Assembly (NCBI GenBank): GCA_963666565.1
Contig: OY762911.1
Span: 4,608,001 to 4,672,000 of the forward strand
Reading direction: 5' to 3'
DNA length: 64,000 bases
Source of the DNA: Thermoanaerobaculia bacterium
GTDB lineage: Bacteria; Acidobacteriota; Thermoanaerobaculia; Multivoradales; Multivoraceae
Both the position numbers and the translations under genes were made by a program. The notes under the pieces were generated by a model that saw only the letters and a list, made by a program, of their open reading frames with translations, did not search any database and was not told where the DNA came from. This document shows, piece after piece, positions 27,781-37,716 of this stretch. Numbering within the stretch: position 1 is the stretch's first letter; every line of letters begins with the position of its first letter.

Positions 27781-29988
27781 CTACTCCTGGCGAGGCTTGG
27801 CCAGCGCCGCCAGACGCTCCCGCAGCGTCGAGTAGCGGCGCAGGTCGGACGCTTCCTCGACGGCCTTCCGGAGCGCCCACTTCTGGCCGACGATGACGAC
27901 CAGCTTCCGGCCGCGGGTGATCGCCGTGTAGAGGAGGTTGCGGCGGAGCATGACGTAGTGGTGGGTCGTGATCGGCACGACGACGGCCGGGTACTCGGAG
28001 CCTTGGGACTTGTGGACGGTGACGGCGTAGGCCAGCATCAGGCGGTCGAGGTCGCTGAACCGGTACTCGACACGGCGGCCGTCGAAGAGGATCGTCATCT
28101 TCTCCGCGCCCGGGTCGATCGACCGGATGCGGCCGAGGTCGCCGTTGAAGACGTCCTTGTCGTAGTCGTTCTCGGTCTGCATCACCTTGTCGCCCGGGCG
28201 GTACTTCCAGCCGAAGCGCTCGACCTCGACGGCGCCCGACTCCGGGGCCGGGTTCAGCACCGCCTGCAGCGTCACGTTCAGGGTCCGCACGCCGAGCGGA
28301 CCGCGGTTCATCGGCGACAGGACCTGGACGTCGCCGACCGGGTCGAGCCCGAAGCGGCGGCGGATCCGCGCCGCGACGATCTCCACCACCTTGCGCTGGC
28401 CGTCCTCCGCATCCTCGGCCGGCACGAAGTAGAAGTCGCTCAGTTCATCCCGCGCGGCCTCCAGTTCCGGCAGGTAGCCCTCGTTCACGCGGTGGGCGTT
28501 GCGGACGATCCGGCTGTCGCCGGCCTGGCGGAAGATCTCCACCAGGCGCGCCACCGGGATCGCGCCGGAGTCGATCAGGTCGCGCAGCACCTGACCGGGA
28601 CCGACCGAGGGAAGCTGGTCCGCGTCGCCGATCAGCAGCAGGGACCCTTCGGCGGGCAGAGCCTGGAGCAGTGCCGCCATCAGCTCCACGTCGACCATCG
28701 ACGACTCGTCGACCACCAGCAGGCCGCAGTCGAGCGGGCGGTAGCGGCCGCGGCGGAAGGCGCCGCTGGAGGGATCGATCTCCAGCAACCGGTGGATCGT
28801 CTTCGCCGGATGGCCGGTGCTCTCGGCGAGCCGCTTGGCGGCGCGGCCGGTCGGCGCGCAGAGTTCGCAGCGGACGTCGCGGGCGTTCAGGATGCGCAGC
28901 ACCGCGTTGACCAGGGTCGTCTTGCCGACGCCGGGGCCGCCGGTGATCACCGTCACCCGTGACCGCAGACAGGTCTCCACGGCAGCGCGCTGGGACGGCG
29001 CCAGGTTCACTTCGAGCCGCTTCTCCACCCAGGGCAGCGCGGCCGCCGCGTCGATGTCCGACCAGGGCGGCGGATCGGCGCGGCAAAGCTCGGCGAGCCG
29101 GCGGGCGATCGCCCGTTCGGCCTCGAGCAGCATCGGCAGGAAGATCGCTTCGGCGCCGGCCAGGCTCGCGATGACGAGCCGGCCCGCTCGTATCTCCTCG
29201 TCCAGGGCCTGGACCAGGATCTCCTGCCGGATCTTCAGGAGTTCGCCGGCCTGCTCGCACAGCTCCTCCTTCGGCAGGCCGCAGTGGCCGGCGGAGCGCG
29301 CCTGCTCCAGCGCGTAGGTGAGACCGGCGCGGGCCCGCGGCAGTCCCTCCCGGTCCTTGCCCAGACTGGCGCCGATGCCGTCGGCGATGCGGAAGCCGAT
29401 GCCCCGAATCTCCCGCGCCAGCCGGTACGGGTCGTCGGCCAGAAGCGCGGCCGCGTCGGCGCCGTACGCACGGTAGATCTGGGCGGCGCGGGCCGATCCG
29501 AGGCCGTGCTCCTGCAGGAAGACCATGATCTCCCGCACCGCCTTCTGGTCCTTGAAGCCCTCGCCGAGACTCTTCGCCCGCTTCGGCCCGATGCCCGGCA
29601 CCTCGGTCAGGCGCTCGGGTTCCTTCTCGATCACGTCGAAGACGTCCTTGCCGAAGGCCTTGACGAGACGCTTCGCCATCTTCGGCCCGACTCCCTCGAC
29701 CTTGCCGGAGCCGAGATAGCGCCGGATGCCGTCGAGGGAGTCCGGCGGCGAGACGGCGAGACGGTCGGTCTGGAACTGGAGCCCGTGCTTGGGGTCTCTC
29801 CTGAAGCGGCCGGCGCCCTGGATCGTGTCTCCCGACTCGACAACCGGCAGGCGGCCAACGACCGTCAGTGGCTGGTGTCCGCCACCGACCCGTACGCTCA
29901 GCACCGCGAATCCGTTCTCCGGATTGTGGAAGACGACCCGCTCGACGACCCCGGAAAGCGCCTTGCGTTCCTCCGCGGCTTCCGTCAA
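27781..29988 (-). CDS. recD2: ATP-dependent RecD-like DNA helicase RecD2
   Basis: N-terminal HhH (GVGPK, GIGPK), GGPGVGKT, APTGRAAKR, VDESSM, GDADQLPSVG, TVHKSQGSEY, YTAITR. Confidence 0.95.
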   Translation of the reverse strand: MTEAAEERKALSGVVERVVFHNPENGFAVLSVRVGGGHQPLTVVGRLPVVESGDTIQGAGRFRRDPKHGLQFQTDRLAVSPPDSLDGIRRYLGSGKVEGVGPKMAKRLVKAFGKDVFDVIEKEPERLTEVPGIGPKRAKSLGEGFKDQKAVREIMVFLQEHGLGSARAAQIYRAYGADAAALLADDPYRLAREIRGIGFRIADGIGASLGKDREGLPRARAGLTYALEQARSAGHCGLPKEELCEQAGELLKIRQEILVQALDEEIRAGRLVIASLAGAEAIFLPMLLEAERAIARRLAELCRADPPPWSDIDAAAALPWVEKRLEVNLAPSQRAAVETCLRSRVTVITGGPGVGKTTLVNAVLRILNARDVRCELCAPTGRAAKRLAESTGHPAKTIHRLLEIDPSSGAFRRGRYRPLDCGLLVVDESSMVDVELMAALLQALPAEGSLLLIGDADQLPSVGPGQVLRDLIDSGAIPVARLVEIFRQAGDSRIVRNAHRVNEGYLPELEAARDELSDFYFVPAEDAEDGQRKVVEIVAARIRRRFGLDPVGDVQVLSPMNRGPLGVRTLNVTLQAVLNPAPESGAVEVERFGWKYRPGDKVMQTENDYDKDVFNGDLGRIRSIDPGAEKMTILFDGRRVEYRFSDLDRLMLAYAVTVHKSQGSEYPAVVVPITTHHYVMLRRNLLYTAITRGRKLVVIVGQKWALRKAVEEASDLRRYSTLRERLAALAKPRQE

Positions 29989-30302
29989 GGTTCCGAGACC
30001 TCCGCGACGCTCGCCAACCCTTTCACGCCGTACAGCTTACGACGGACAGAGGAACGCAGCCGACCGAAGCGAGCGCCGCATCCCCTTCACTGAGAGAGCG
30101 CGCACCCATGTGGCGCGTCCCTGCGCCACATGCGTCGCAGTCCGTGCGTCCGCTGGCGGACACGCGGATGCCGCGTCCGCTGGGCCTCCTTCCCTTCGGT
30201 CCGTCCAGCCGAGGCGGCAGCAACCACCGTCGCCGTCCGGCCGTTCGGTGACACAATCATCGGCCTTCCCTCTCCGCCGACACCGAAGCCCGGAGCCTCC
30301 CC

Positions 30303-30947
30303 ATGACCGATACCTGCCGATTCGACCGCCTCGCGCTGAACGCCTCCGATCCCGCCGCCGCCGCCGACTGGTATGCGCGGCACTTCGGCGGCGAACCGCT
30401 GGCCAACGCCGGCGGCGCCGCCGCCCGCTTCCAGGCAGGGAGCGGCACGGCGGACCTCCACTGGCGCGGCGCCGAGGCGCCCGGTCCCAGCATCGGCACC
30501 GGGCTCGACCACTCCGGCTGGTCGGTCGAGAACCTGGACGAACTGCACGCCGCGATGCTCGCCGACGGCGCCACGGAGTTCTGGGAACCAAGACACTTCG
30601 GGCCGGCGAAGCTCTACATCTCCTTCGTGACGGACCCCTGGGGCGCGAAGATCGAGCTCCTCGAGGACGCGGCTCACCCCGGCTTCCACCACGTCCACAT
30701 CCTGGGCCCCGACTGCGAAGAGGACCGCGTCTGGCTGCTGGAGCGCGCGCCAGGGCGGGCCGAGACCTTCAAGGAAATCCTGCTGGCCGTCAACTACGGC
30801 ACGATGCGGGTGCTGTTCCGGCAGACCGACGACGAACTGGAACCGACCGCGGGCCGGGCGATCGACCACCTCGCGTGGACTTCGGCGGCCGGCGGCGGAC
30901 GCCATACCAGCCCGACCGGCGTCGACATCCAGGTGCGGCGGACCTAG
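30303..30947 (+). CDS. VOC/glyoxalase-family protein
   Basis: AAADWYARHFG, DHSGW, TDPWGAKIELLE, HHVHI, IDHLAW. Confidence 0.8.
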   Translation: MTDTCRFDRLALNASDPAAAADWYARHFGGEPLANAGGAAARFQAGSGTADLHWRGAEAPGPSIGTGLDHSGWSVENLDELHAAMLADGATEFWEPRHFGPAKLYISFVTDPWGAKIELLEDAAHPGFHHVHILGPDCEEDRVWLLERAPGRAETFKEILLAVNYGTMRVLFRQTDDELEPTAGRAIDHLAWTSAAGGGRHTSPTGVDIQVRRT

Positions 30948-30965
30948 CAGCGTGCGCGGCGGAAA

Positions 30966-31010
30966 CCGGGTGCGCCGAAGCCCCCGCCGGCATCCGGCGC
31001 GAAGCGCCGG
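30966..31010 (+). repeat. Family B REP-like copy followed by CCGGCGC-GAA-GCGCCGG hairpin
   Basis: ccgggtgcgccgaagcccccgccggcatccggcgcgaagcgccgg. Confidence 0.6.
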
Positions 31011-31040
31011 CTTCCGAACCTCCTGCCGCGCCGGCAGCCC

Positions 31041-33119
31041 GTGAGTCTGTGGCCGCCGCCGCGGCGGGTCGAGCTCCTCGACGCCGCCGACCCCCTGGTC
31101 CTGCCGCCGGGCATGTCCGCGGTCCTCGCGCTGACGCTTCCCGAGTCCGCGAACCGGGCGGACCCCGGCCCGGCCGGCGGGAGCGACCTTCCCGAAACCC
31201 TCGTCTTTGCCCTCGACGGCTTGTGCCGGGCCCTGGAAGCGGCGGGAGTCGGCCTTGCCGGCGCCGTCGCAAGGCCGGCGCGGTCGGCTACCGACGCGGT
31301 CGAGACATCGGCCCCCTCGGCGACGGATGCGGTCGAGCCGCCGGCGCGGCCCGCGACCGGCGAAGGGTCGGCAGCCCGGTCGACGCCGGCCAGTCGGCCG
31401 GTCGTCCGCCTCGAAGTCGGCTCGGCCGGCGCCGGAAACGGCTCGCCGGTCGCGGTCCCGACCGACGAGAGCTACCGCCTGCGGGTCCACGCCGGGGGCA
31501 TCGACATCCGCGCCGCGACGCCGACCGGCGTGTTCCGGTCAGCCGCGACGCTGAAGCAGTGGTTCGCCGCCCACGGCAAGCTCGCCGACTCCCGCTTCGA
31601 GGCGCCGGCCGTCGAGATCGAGGACCGGCCGGACTTCCCCATCCGCGGCGCGATGCTCGACGTGAGCCGCAACCGGGTGCCGCGAATGGACTACCTGGAG
31701 CGGCTGATCGACCGGCTCGCCGACTGGAAGATCAACCACCTCCAGCTCTATGTCGAACACGCCTACGCCTACGAAGACCACGAGGACGTCTGGCGCGACG
31801 CGTCCCCGTTCACCGCCGGGGAGATCCGGTCGCTCGACGCGTACTGTCGGGAGCGCTTCATCGAACTGGCGCCGAACCAGAACAGCTTCGGCCACTTCCA
31901 CCGCTGGCTGGTCCACGACCGCTATCGCCCGCTCGCCGAGGTGCCGGAAGGCTTTCAGCACCCCTTCTCCATCGACCCGGAGCCGTTCAGCCTCTGCGCC
32001 ACCGACCCGCGGGTCCCGGAGCTGCTCGCGGGCCTCTACGACGAGCTGCTGCCGCAGTTCGGCAGCCGGCGCTTCAACGTCGGCCTGGACGAGACGTTCG
32101 ACCTGGGCCGCGGCCGCTCCGCCGAGGCGTGCGAGGAACGAGGCAAGCCGGCCGTGTACCTCAACTTCCTGCGCCGGGTCCACGGCCTCGTCGCCGAACG
32201 CGGCCGGCGGATGCTGTTCTGGGGCGACATCATCCTCGAGCACCCGGAACTGATCGACCGCGTCCCCGAAGACGCGGTCGCCCTGTGCTGGGGCTACGAG
32301 GCGAACCATCCGTTCGAGGAGCAGTGCGCCCGGCTGGCGGCCTCCGGCCGTGAGTTCTGGGTCTGCCCCGGCACCAGCAGTTGGAACAGCTTCGGCGGCC
32401 GCCTGCAGAACGCCGTCGGCAACCTGGCCCTTGCCGCAACGGCCGGTTCGGAGGCCGGCGCCCAGGGTCTTCTCATCACCGACTGGGGCGACCACGGACA
32501 CCTGCAGCCGCCAGCGATCGCCGAGCTGCCGCTATCCGTCGGCGCCGGTTTCGCCTGGTCCGTCGAGGCGGCGCGCGAAGCGGTTAGCGGCCCCGAGCAA
32601 AACGAGGAGGCCTGGCTCGACCACGCCGTCCGCCTGGTCTACGACGGAGACAAGACGCTGGCGCGCACCGTAGTCGACCTCGGCGCCATCGACCTGGACT
32701 GCGGCGGCCCGGTGATCAACGGCACCGCTCTCTTCTACCTGCTCCGGTTCATCGACGACGACCTCGCTCACCGGCGCTTCCGACGGCTCACCATCGCCAC
32801 GCTGCAACGGACGTACGCCCGGCTGGCCGCCACCAGGGACCGGTTGAACCAGGTCGAGAACGACCCGAGCCATGCCGCGCTGGACTGGACCTGCCGGATG
32901 ATGACGTGGTGCTGCCAGTTGGGCGTCGCGCGCCTCGCGGCCGGCCGCGGCTTGCGAGCCGGCCAGCTCCCACCGAAGGTTCGCGCCACCCTCGGCGCCG
33001 ACCTCCGCGACATCGCCGGCGACCTCCCCGACATCTGGCTCGCCACCAGCCGCGAGGGCGGCCTGCGAGAGTCGCAGGACCTCCTGCTCCGCGCCGCCGC
33101 CGTTCTCGACGGTTCTTGA
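31041..33119 (+). CDS. Glycoside hydrolase family 20 (beta-N-acetylhexosaminidase-like)
   Basis: IEDRPDFPIRGAMLDVSR, NSFGH, NVGLDE, FWGD, TDWGD. Confidence 0.88.
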   Translation: MSLWPPPRRVELLDAADPLVLPPGMSAVLALTLPESANRADPGPAGGSDLPETLVFALDGLCRALEAAGVGLAGAVARPARSATDAVETSAPSATDAVEPPARPATGEGSAARSTPASRPVVRLEVGSAGAGNGSPVAVPTDESYRLRVHAGGIDIRAATPTGVFRSAATLKQWFAAHGKLADSRFEAPAVEIEDRPDFPIRGAMLDVSRNRVPRMDYLERLIDRLADWKINHLQLYVEHAYAYEDHEDVWRDASPFTAGEIRSLDAYCRERFIELAPNQNSFGHFHRWLVHDRYRPLAEVPEGFQHPFSIDPEPFSLCATDPRVPELLAGLYDELLPQFGSRRFNVGLDETFDLGRGRSAEACEERGKPAVYLNFLRRVHGLVAERGRRMLFWGDIILEHPELIDRVPEDAVALCWGYEANHPFEEQCARLAASGREFWVCPGTSSWNSFGGRLQNAVGNLALAATAGSEAGAQGLLITDWGDHGHLQPPAIAELPLSVGAGFAWSVEAAREAVSGPEQNEEAWLDHAVRLVYDGDKTLARTVVDLGAIDLDCGGPVINGTALFYLLRFIDDDLAHRRFRRLTIATLQRTYARLAATRDRLNQVENDPSHAALDWTCRMMTWCCQLGVARLAAGRGLRAGQLPPKVRATLGADLRDIAGDLPDIWLATSREGGLRESQDLLLRAAAVLDGS

Positions 33120-33144
33120 TTGCAATGCAATCGCCATGTACTCT
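33116..33144 (+). promoter_or_regulatory. Sigma70-like promoter with overlapping palindromic operator of the fitAB-like TA operon
   Basis: TTGATT-17bp-TACTCT; perfect inverted repeat GATTGCA-a-TGCAATC at 33118-33132. Confidence 0.6.
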
Positions 33145-33172
33145 CCGGGGTCAAAGGGGAGGACATCGAATC

Positions 33173-33418
33173 GTGGCGAGCATCACCGTCAGGAAACTCG
33201 ACGAAGGAGTGAAGAGGCGCCTCCGCGTGCGCGCGGCCGACAACGGCCGGTCGATGGAAGAAGAGGTCCGGTTGATTCTGCGCGAGGCCGTTCAGCGAGA
33301 CGCCGAGCCCGAAACGGGACTGGGGACGGCGATCCACGAGCTCTTCAAGCCCCTTGGCGGCGTGGAGCTGGAGCTGCCGCCAAGGGAGCCCATGCGTGAA
33401 CCACCCCGCTTCGACTGA
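33173..33418 (+). CDS. FitA-like ribbon-helix-helix antitoxin
   Basis: ASITVRKLDEGVKRRLRVRAADNGRSMEEEVRLIL; GGAGG RBS. Confidence 0.88.
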   Translation: MASITVRKLDEGVKRRLRVRAADNGRSMEEEVRLILREAVQRDAEPETGLGTAIHELFKPLGGVELELPPREPMREPPRFD

Positions 33419-33863
33419 CTCCCCCACGACCGTCATCGTGGACACGAACGTCGTGTCGGAGTTCATGCGGCCCAAGCCGCAGCCGATCGTCCTCGCTTGG
33501 CTGGACAGCCAGTTAAGGCGCAGCCTGTTCGTGACCGCCGTGACCGAAGCCGAGATCCGCGCGGGAATAGCGTTCCTGCCTGAAGGCCGGCGACGCCGGC
33601 TACTCGCCCGAGCCGCCGATCAGGCGTTCGGCGACTTGTTCCCGGGCCGCATCCTTCCCTTCGACACGGAAGCCGCGAGGGCCTATGCAAAGATCGCCGC
33701 CCGCTGCCGAAGGGCAGGACGGCCGATCTCGCAGCCGGACGGCCAGATTGCGGCTATTGCCCACTCTCGCGACGCCATGTTGGCAACACGAAACGTCCAG
33801 GACTTCAAGCTGGCCGCCGTTCACCTCGTCAATCCCTGGCCGCCTGTCGAGGACAACCAATGA
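33396..33863 (+). CDS. vapC: PIN-domain toxin (VapC/FitB)
   Basis: IVDTNVVSE, TEAEI, DGQIAAIA, LATRNVQDF; start uncertain. Confidence 0.9.
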   Translation: MNHPASTDSPTTVIVDTNVVSEFMRPKPQPIVLAWLDSQLRRSLFVTAVTEAEIRAGIAFLPEGRRRRLLARAADQAFGDLFPGRILPFDTEAARAYAKIAARCRRAGRPISQPDGQIAAIAHSRDAMLATRNVQDFKLAAVHLVNPWPPVEDNQ

Positions 33864-34309
33864 CCGAAATCTCGATCGTCACCGTCGAGGAACAGACCCT
33901 GCTGGCGGTGCGCACCAGCGCCGCCTTCACTGAGATTCCCGCCAAGCTCCTGCCCTTGATGGAGCGGGTCGGCGCCTTCGTGCGGGAACACGGCGTCGAG
34001 GGCGCCGGCCAGAACGTCTGGTTCTACCGCGAGGTCAGCGGCGACCGGATGGAGGTCGACGTGGCCGTCCAGGTTCCCGCCTCGACCGGGGCCGCGGAAG
34101 GCCTCGTCCGCTCGGCGACGCCGGCGGGCCGGTGCGCCCACGCCGTGCTCCACGGCGACTACAGCGAGATTCCAGGCGTCCATCAGGCGATCCACCGGTG
34201 GTGCGCCGAGCAGAACCTCGTGCTCGCCGGTCCGTGCTGGGAGGTCTACGGCGACTGGCACGACGACCCCGCGAAGCGCCGCACCGACATGTACCACCTT
34301 CTCGCCTGA
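33860..34309 (+). CDS. GyrI-like small-molecule-binding protein
   Basis: TPAGRCAHAVLHGDY...GPCWEVY...RTDMY; ATGA overlap with vapC. Confidence 0.8.
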   Translation: MTEISIVTVEEQTLLAVRTSAAFTEIPAKLLPLMERVGAFVREHGVEGAGQNVWFYREVSGDRMEVDVAVQVPASTGAAEGLVRSATPAGRCAHAVLHGDYSEIPGVHQAIHRWCAEQNLVLAGPCWEVYGDWHDDPAKRRTDMYHLLA

Positions 34310-34326
34310 CGGCAAAAGGCGCTCGA

Positions 34327-35504
34327 GTGAAGGTCGACGTCCTCGTCGACGCGTTCCGGAATCGCTTCGGGGCCGAGCCCGACGTTATCGCCCGCGCGCC
34401 CGGCAGGGCCAACCTGCTGGGGGCGCACGTCGACTACAGCGAGGGCTGGGTGCTGCCGGCGGCGATCGACCGCGCGGTGTGGGTCGCCGCCCGACCGGCA
34501 CGCGGCGCGGAGACCCGGCTTGCGGCACTCGATCTCGGCGAGGAGGAATCGTTCGACGTCGCCGCGCCCGACCCGCCCGTCTCGGAGCGCGGCGCGCCGT
34601 CCTCCTGGGTCGACTATCCGCGGGGGCTGGCCTGGGCGCTCGGCCAGCGCGGGATCGAGGTGCCGCCGATCGAAGGCGTGTTCGGCGGCGACCTGCCGAT
34701 CGGCGCCGGCGTCAGTTCCTCGGCGGCCGTCGAGATGGCGTTCCTCGTCGCCTGGGAGCAGCTCGCCGGCTTCGAACTGGACGGGATCGAGCGAGCGGGC
34801 ATCGGCCGGCAGGTCGAGAACGAGTACGTCGGCGTGCAGTCCGGCATCATGGACCAGTTTGCCTCGGTCCACGGCCGCGAAGGACACGCCCTGCTGCTCG
34901 ACTGCCGGTCGCTCGCGCACGAACTGATACCGACCCCGGAAGACCTCGTCTTCCTGGTCGCGGACACCGGCGTCCGCCGCGCCCTCGCCTCCGGCACCGG
35001 CTTCAACGACCGCAAGTCGGAGTGCTTCCGCGCCGCGGACCTGCTGCGACCCCATCTGCCGGAGCTCTCCACGCTCCGCGACCTGGAGCCGGCCGACCTC
35101 CACCGGCTGCGACACCTGCTCGAATCGCCGCTCGACCGCCGCGCCCGCCACGTCGTCACCGAGTGCCGCCGCGTCCTCGATGGCGCCGAAGCGCTGCGGC
35201 AGGCGACCTGCACGCGCTCGGCGACCTGATGGCCCAGTCGCACCGCAGCTCCCGCGACGACTACGACGTGAGCATCGAGGAACTCGACGTGCTCCAGGAG
35301 GCCGCGGCCGGCGCCGAAGGCTGCTACGGCGCCCGCCTCACCGGCGCCGGCTTCGGCGGTTGCGTGACCGCGATCACCAGCGAAGCCGCCGCCGGCCAGG
35401 TCCGCGAGCGCACCGCGGCGGCCTTCGAGCGCCGATTCGGCCGGCGGCCGGAGATTCACGCATGCCGGGTTGGCGAAGGCGCCGCGGCGGTCGGTCCGAC
35501 GTAA
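34327..35504 (+). pseudogene. galK: Galactokinase, frameshifted near 35200
   Basis: APGRANLLGAHVDY, PIGAGVSSSAA, SGIMDQ in one frame (stop 35229); LGDLMAQSH...GARLTGAGFGGC continues in another frame to 35504. Confidence 0.85.
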
Positions 35505-36022
35505 CGGACGGCCTCCAGCAGGTGCTCTCCGGGCCGGCCCAGAAAGGCCGCCCGCCAACCCACCAGATCGGGCCGCGGGCCGAACAGCACGATCGTGTGG
35601 CCGGAACGCGCCTCGCCCGGCACGAACCCGCCGCCTTCGACCCTCAGGCCACGTGCCATGCCCGGCTTGAGCGCGGCCGACCGCGCCCGCAGGCCGGTGG
35701 CGCCGGCGGCACGCAGACGACGAGCCTCCCGGCGGCACGCCTCCCAGGTCTCTGGACCGCCGGTCAGCACGTCCAGCGGCAACCGCGGCGTCGCGAGTTC
35801 CTGGGCGCCGATGTCGACGGCCCACAGCGTACGCCGCATTGCATGCAGACCCGCAAGATCCCGGACATCGTAACGGCGAAGGTACTCGGCCCAGGCCCCA
35901 TCCGGCGTGTCGCTGAGGTACTGGACCGGCCCTTCTCCCCGTTCATGCCAGCGACTGCCTGGCTGCGAGGACCTTTCCCAGAGGAAAGGGCGCACCGGAG
36001 AGGCGTGGCGGTACGCGATCAC
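35456..36022 (-). CDS. RES-domain toxin
   Basis: AYRH, SRWH, YLSDTPDGAWAE, GLRARSAA; GTG start downstream of antitoxin. Confidence 0.82.
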   Translation of the reverse strand: MIAYRHASPVRPFLWERSSQPGSRWHERGEGPVQYLSDTPDGAWAEYLRRYDVRDLAGLHAMRRTLWAVDIGAQELATPRLPLDVLTGGPETWEACRREARRLRAAGATGLRARSAALKPGMARGLRVEGGGFVPGEARSGHTIVLFGPRPDLVGWRAAFLGRPGEHLLEAVRYVGPTAAAPSPTRHA

Positions 36023-36041
36023 GCTGCCGGCCAGTGCGCCG

Positions 36042-36659
36042 CTACGAGTCGAGCCAGCGAGCGAGTTCCCGAACCCGGGCCGGGTCCGGCTCCTCGGGCT
36101 TCCAGTCGCCCACGAGGAGTTCCGCGGGCGAAGCGCCGTCCAGCAGGTAGTGCGGCCTGTCGAACCAGAGCCGAACGCCCTCGTCGGTGAAGCCGCCGGC
36201 AATGTGGAAGGTGACGAATGCCAGCAGGTGCAGCCGCGCGGCCACGCGGTCGGGCATCGTGCGCGAGCCCGACAGGTACCGGCGCAGGCTGACGACGGAG
36301 ATGCCGAGCAACCTGGCGAGCAGACCGCGCCCCAGGATGTCGTTGAGCTTCGGGCCCTCCGTCGCCGGAACCGGCGATTCCTCGAGCGCCGCGCTCAGTT
36401 GTTCGAGCCGGCGGATGAACCGATCGCGGTCGTGCTCTCCCTCCGGCGTTTCCCACCTTAGACGCCTCCCGACCCCAGCGCGGCGAATCCGCTGGAGCGC
36501 GTCGTTCCAGACCGCGCCGACCGCGCCGTCGAGGGCGGAAGCGGCGGTTCCACCCACGATCCCCATGGCCTCGGCCTTGGTCAGGACCTCGATGCCGAGC
36601 TCGCTGGACTCCCGATCACGGAACGGATCGCCGTCGGATCCTTTTCGGTTCCTGGTCAT
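36042..36659 (-). CDS. Xre/MbcA/ParS-type antitoxin
   Basis: HTH LARLLGISVVSLRRY plus C-terminal VRLWFDRPHYLLDGASPAELL. Confidence 0.8.
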   Translation of the reverse strand: MTRNRKGSDGDPFRDRESSELGIEVLTKAEAMGIVGGTAASALDGAVGAVWNDALQRIRRAGVGRRLRWETPEGEHDRDRFIRRLEQLSAALEESPVPATEGPKLNDILGRGLLARLLGISVVSLRRYLSGSRTMPDRVAARLHLLAFVTFHIAGGFTDEGVRLWFDRPHYLLDGASPAELLVGDWKPEEPDPARVRELARWLDS

Positions 36660-36798
36660 GATCCAAAACGTATCCGCCGCGGGACCGGCATGTCAAGCCT
36701 GCAAGAAGACCGCGTCGCGGGCGGTACGCCTCCGAGCGCCGCACGCGGCGGCTACACTCCACGTCTCGCGGAACGGCGAAGGGCGAACCGGAGACCTG

Positions 36799-37632
36799 AT
36801 GATGACCGCGATCGACACCGGCACGAACGAACTCCTCTGCGACCTCGAGGCCGGCGTCGCCACGGTGACGCTGAACAAACCGGAGAAGCGGAACGCGCTG
36901 GGAGACATCCTGACGCCGGCGCTTCGGAGCATCCTGTTGACCCTCGAAGCGGACGACCGCTGCGGCGCCATCCTGCTGACCGGCGCGGGCCGGGCGTTCT
37001 GCGCCGGCGGCGACGTCTCGGGCATGGGGGCGAACCGCCGGAAAGACAACGACGCGCCCAAGGCGCCGCCGACGGTCGACGAAGCCGTCGCCACGCTGAT
37101 CGAGAAGCAGAAATCGCTGACGCTGCGGATGGCGGAGCTGGCCAAGCCGATCGTCGCCGCCCTGCCCGGGCCTGCGGCCGGCGCCGGCCTTTCCATCGCG
37201 CTCGCCGCCGACCTCCGCGTCATGGCGGACGACACCTTCGTCACCACCGCCTTCCGGCGCATCGGACTGTCCGGGGACTACGGGTCGAGCTGGTTCCTGA
37301 CGCGCCTCGTGGGTCCCGCCGTGGCGAAGGAACTCCTGATGACCGGCCGCCGCATCACGGCCGAGGAGTGCCTGAAGCTCGGAATCGTCAACCGGATCGT
37401 GCCCTTCGACGACCTGGCGACCGAGGCGCGAGGTCTCGCGCTCGAACTCGCCAACGGACCCCGGTCGGCGCTCCGCTACATGAAGCGGAACGTGAACCGG
37501 GCGGTACTCGGAAGCCTGCGGGAGTCGCTCGCCGTCGAGGCCGAGGGGATGGTCCGCTCGGTGCGAACGGCGGACCACAGGGAGGCCGTGCGGGCGTTCA
37601 TGGAGAAGCGGGAGCCCCGGTTCGGACGCTGA
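36799..37632 (+). CDS. Enoyl-CoA hydratase/isomerase family protein
   Basis: LNKPEKRNAL, AFCAGGD, AAGAGLSIALAADLR, EAVRAFMEKREPRF. Confidence 0.9.
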   Translation: MMTAIDTGTNELLCDLEAGVATVTLNKPEKRNALGDILTPALRSILLTLEADDRCGAILLTGAGRAFCAGGDVSGMGANRRKDNDAPKAPPTVDEAVATLIEKQKSLTLRMAELAKPIVAALPGPAAGAGLSIALAADLRVMADDTFVTTAFRRIGLSGDYGSSWFLTRLVGPAVAKELLMTGRRITAEECLKLGIVNRIVPFDDLATEARGLALELANGPRSALRYMKRNVNRAVLGSLRESLAVEAEGMVRSVRTADHREAVRAFMEKREPRFGR

Positions 37633-37716
37633 ACCGATCCGGGCACGCCCGACGTTTCGTCCCGCGGCGTGCGCTCCCTGCCGGACGCCGGCGCCCGGCG
37701 CGAGCCACGGTTCCCG

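Noticed and set aside
23653-28084. recD2 duplicate as a DGR TR/VR pair
   Set aside because: Mismatches involve all bases, many at third codon positions, and no RT gene is present
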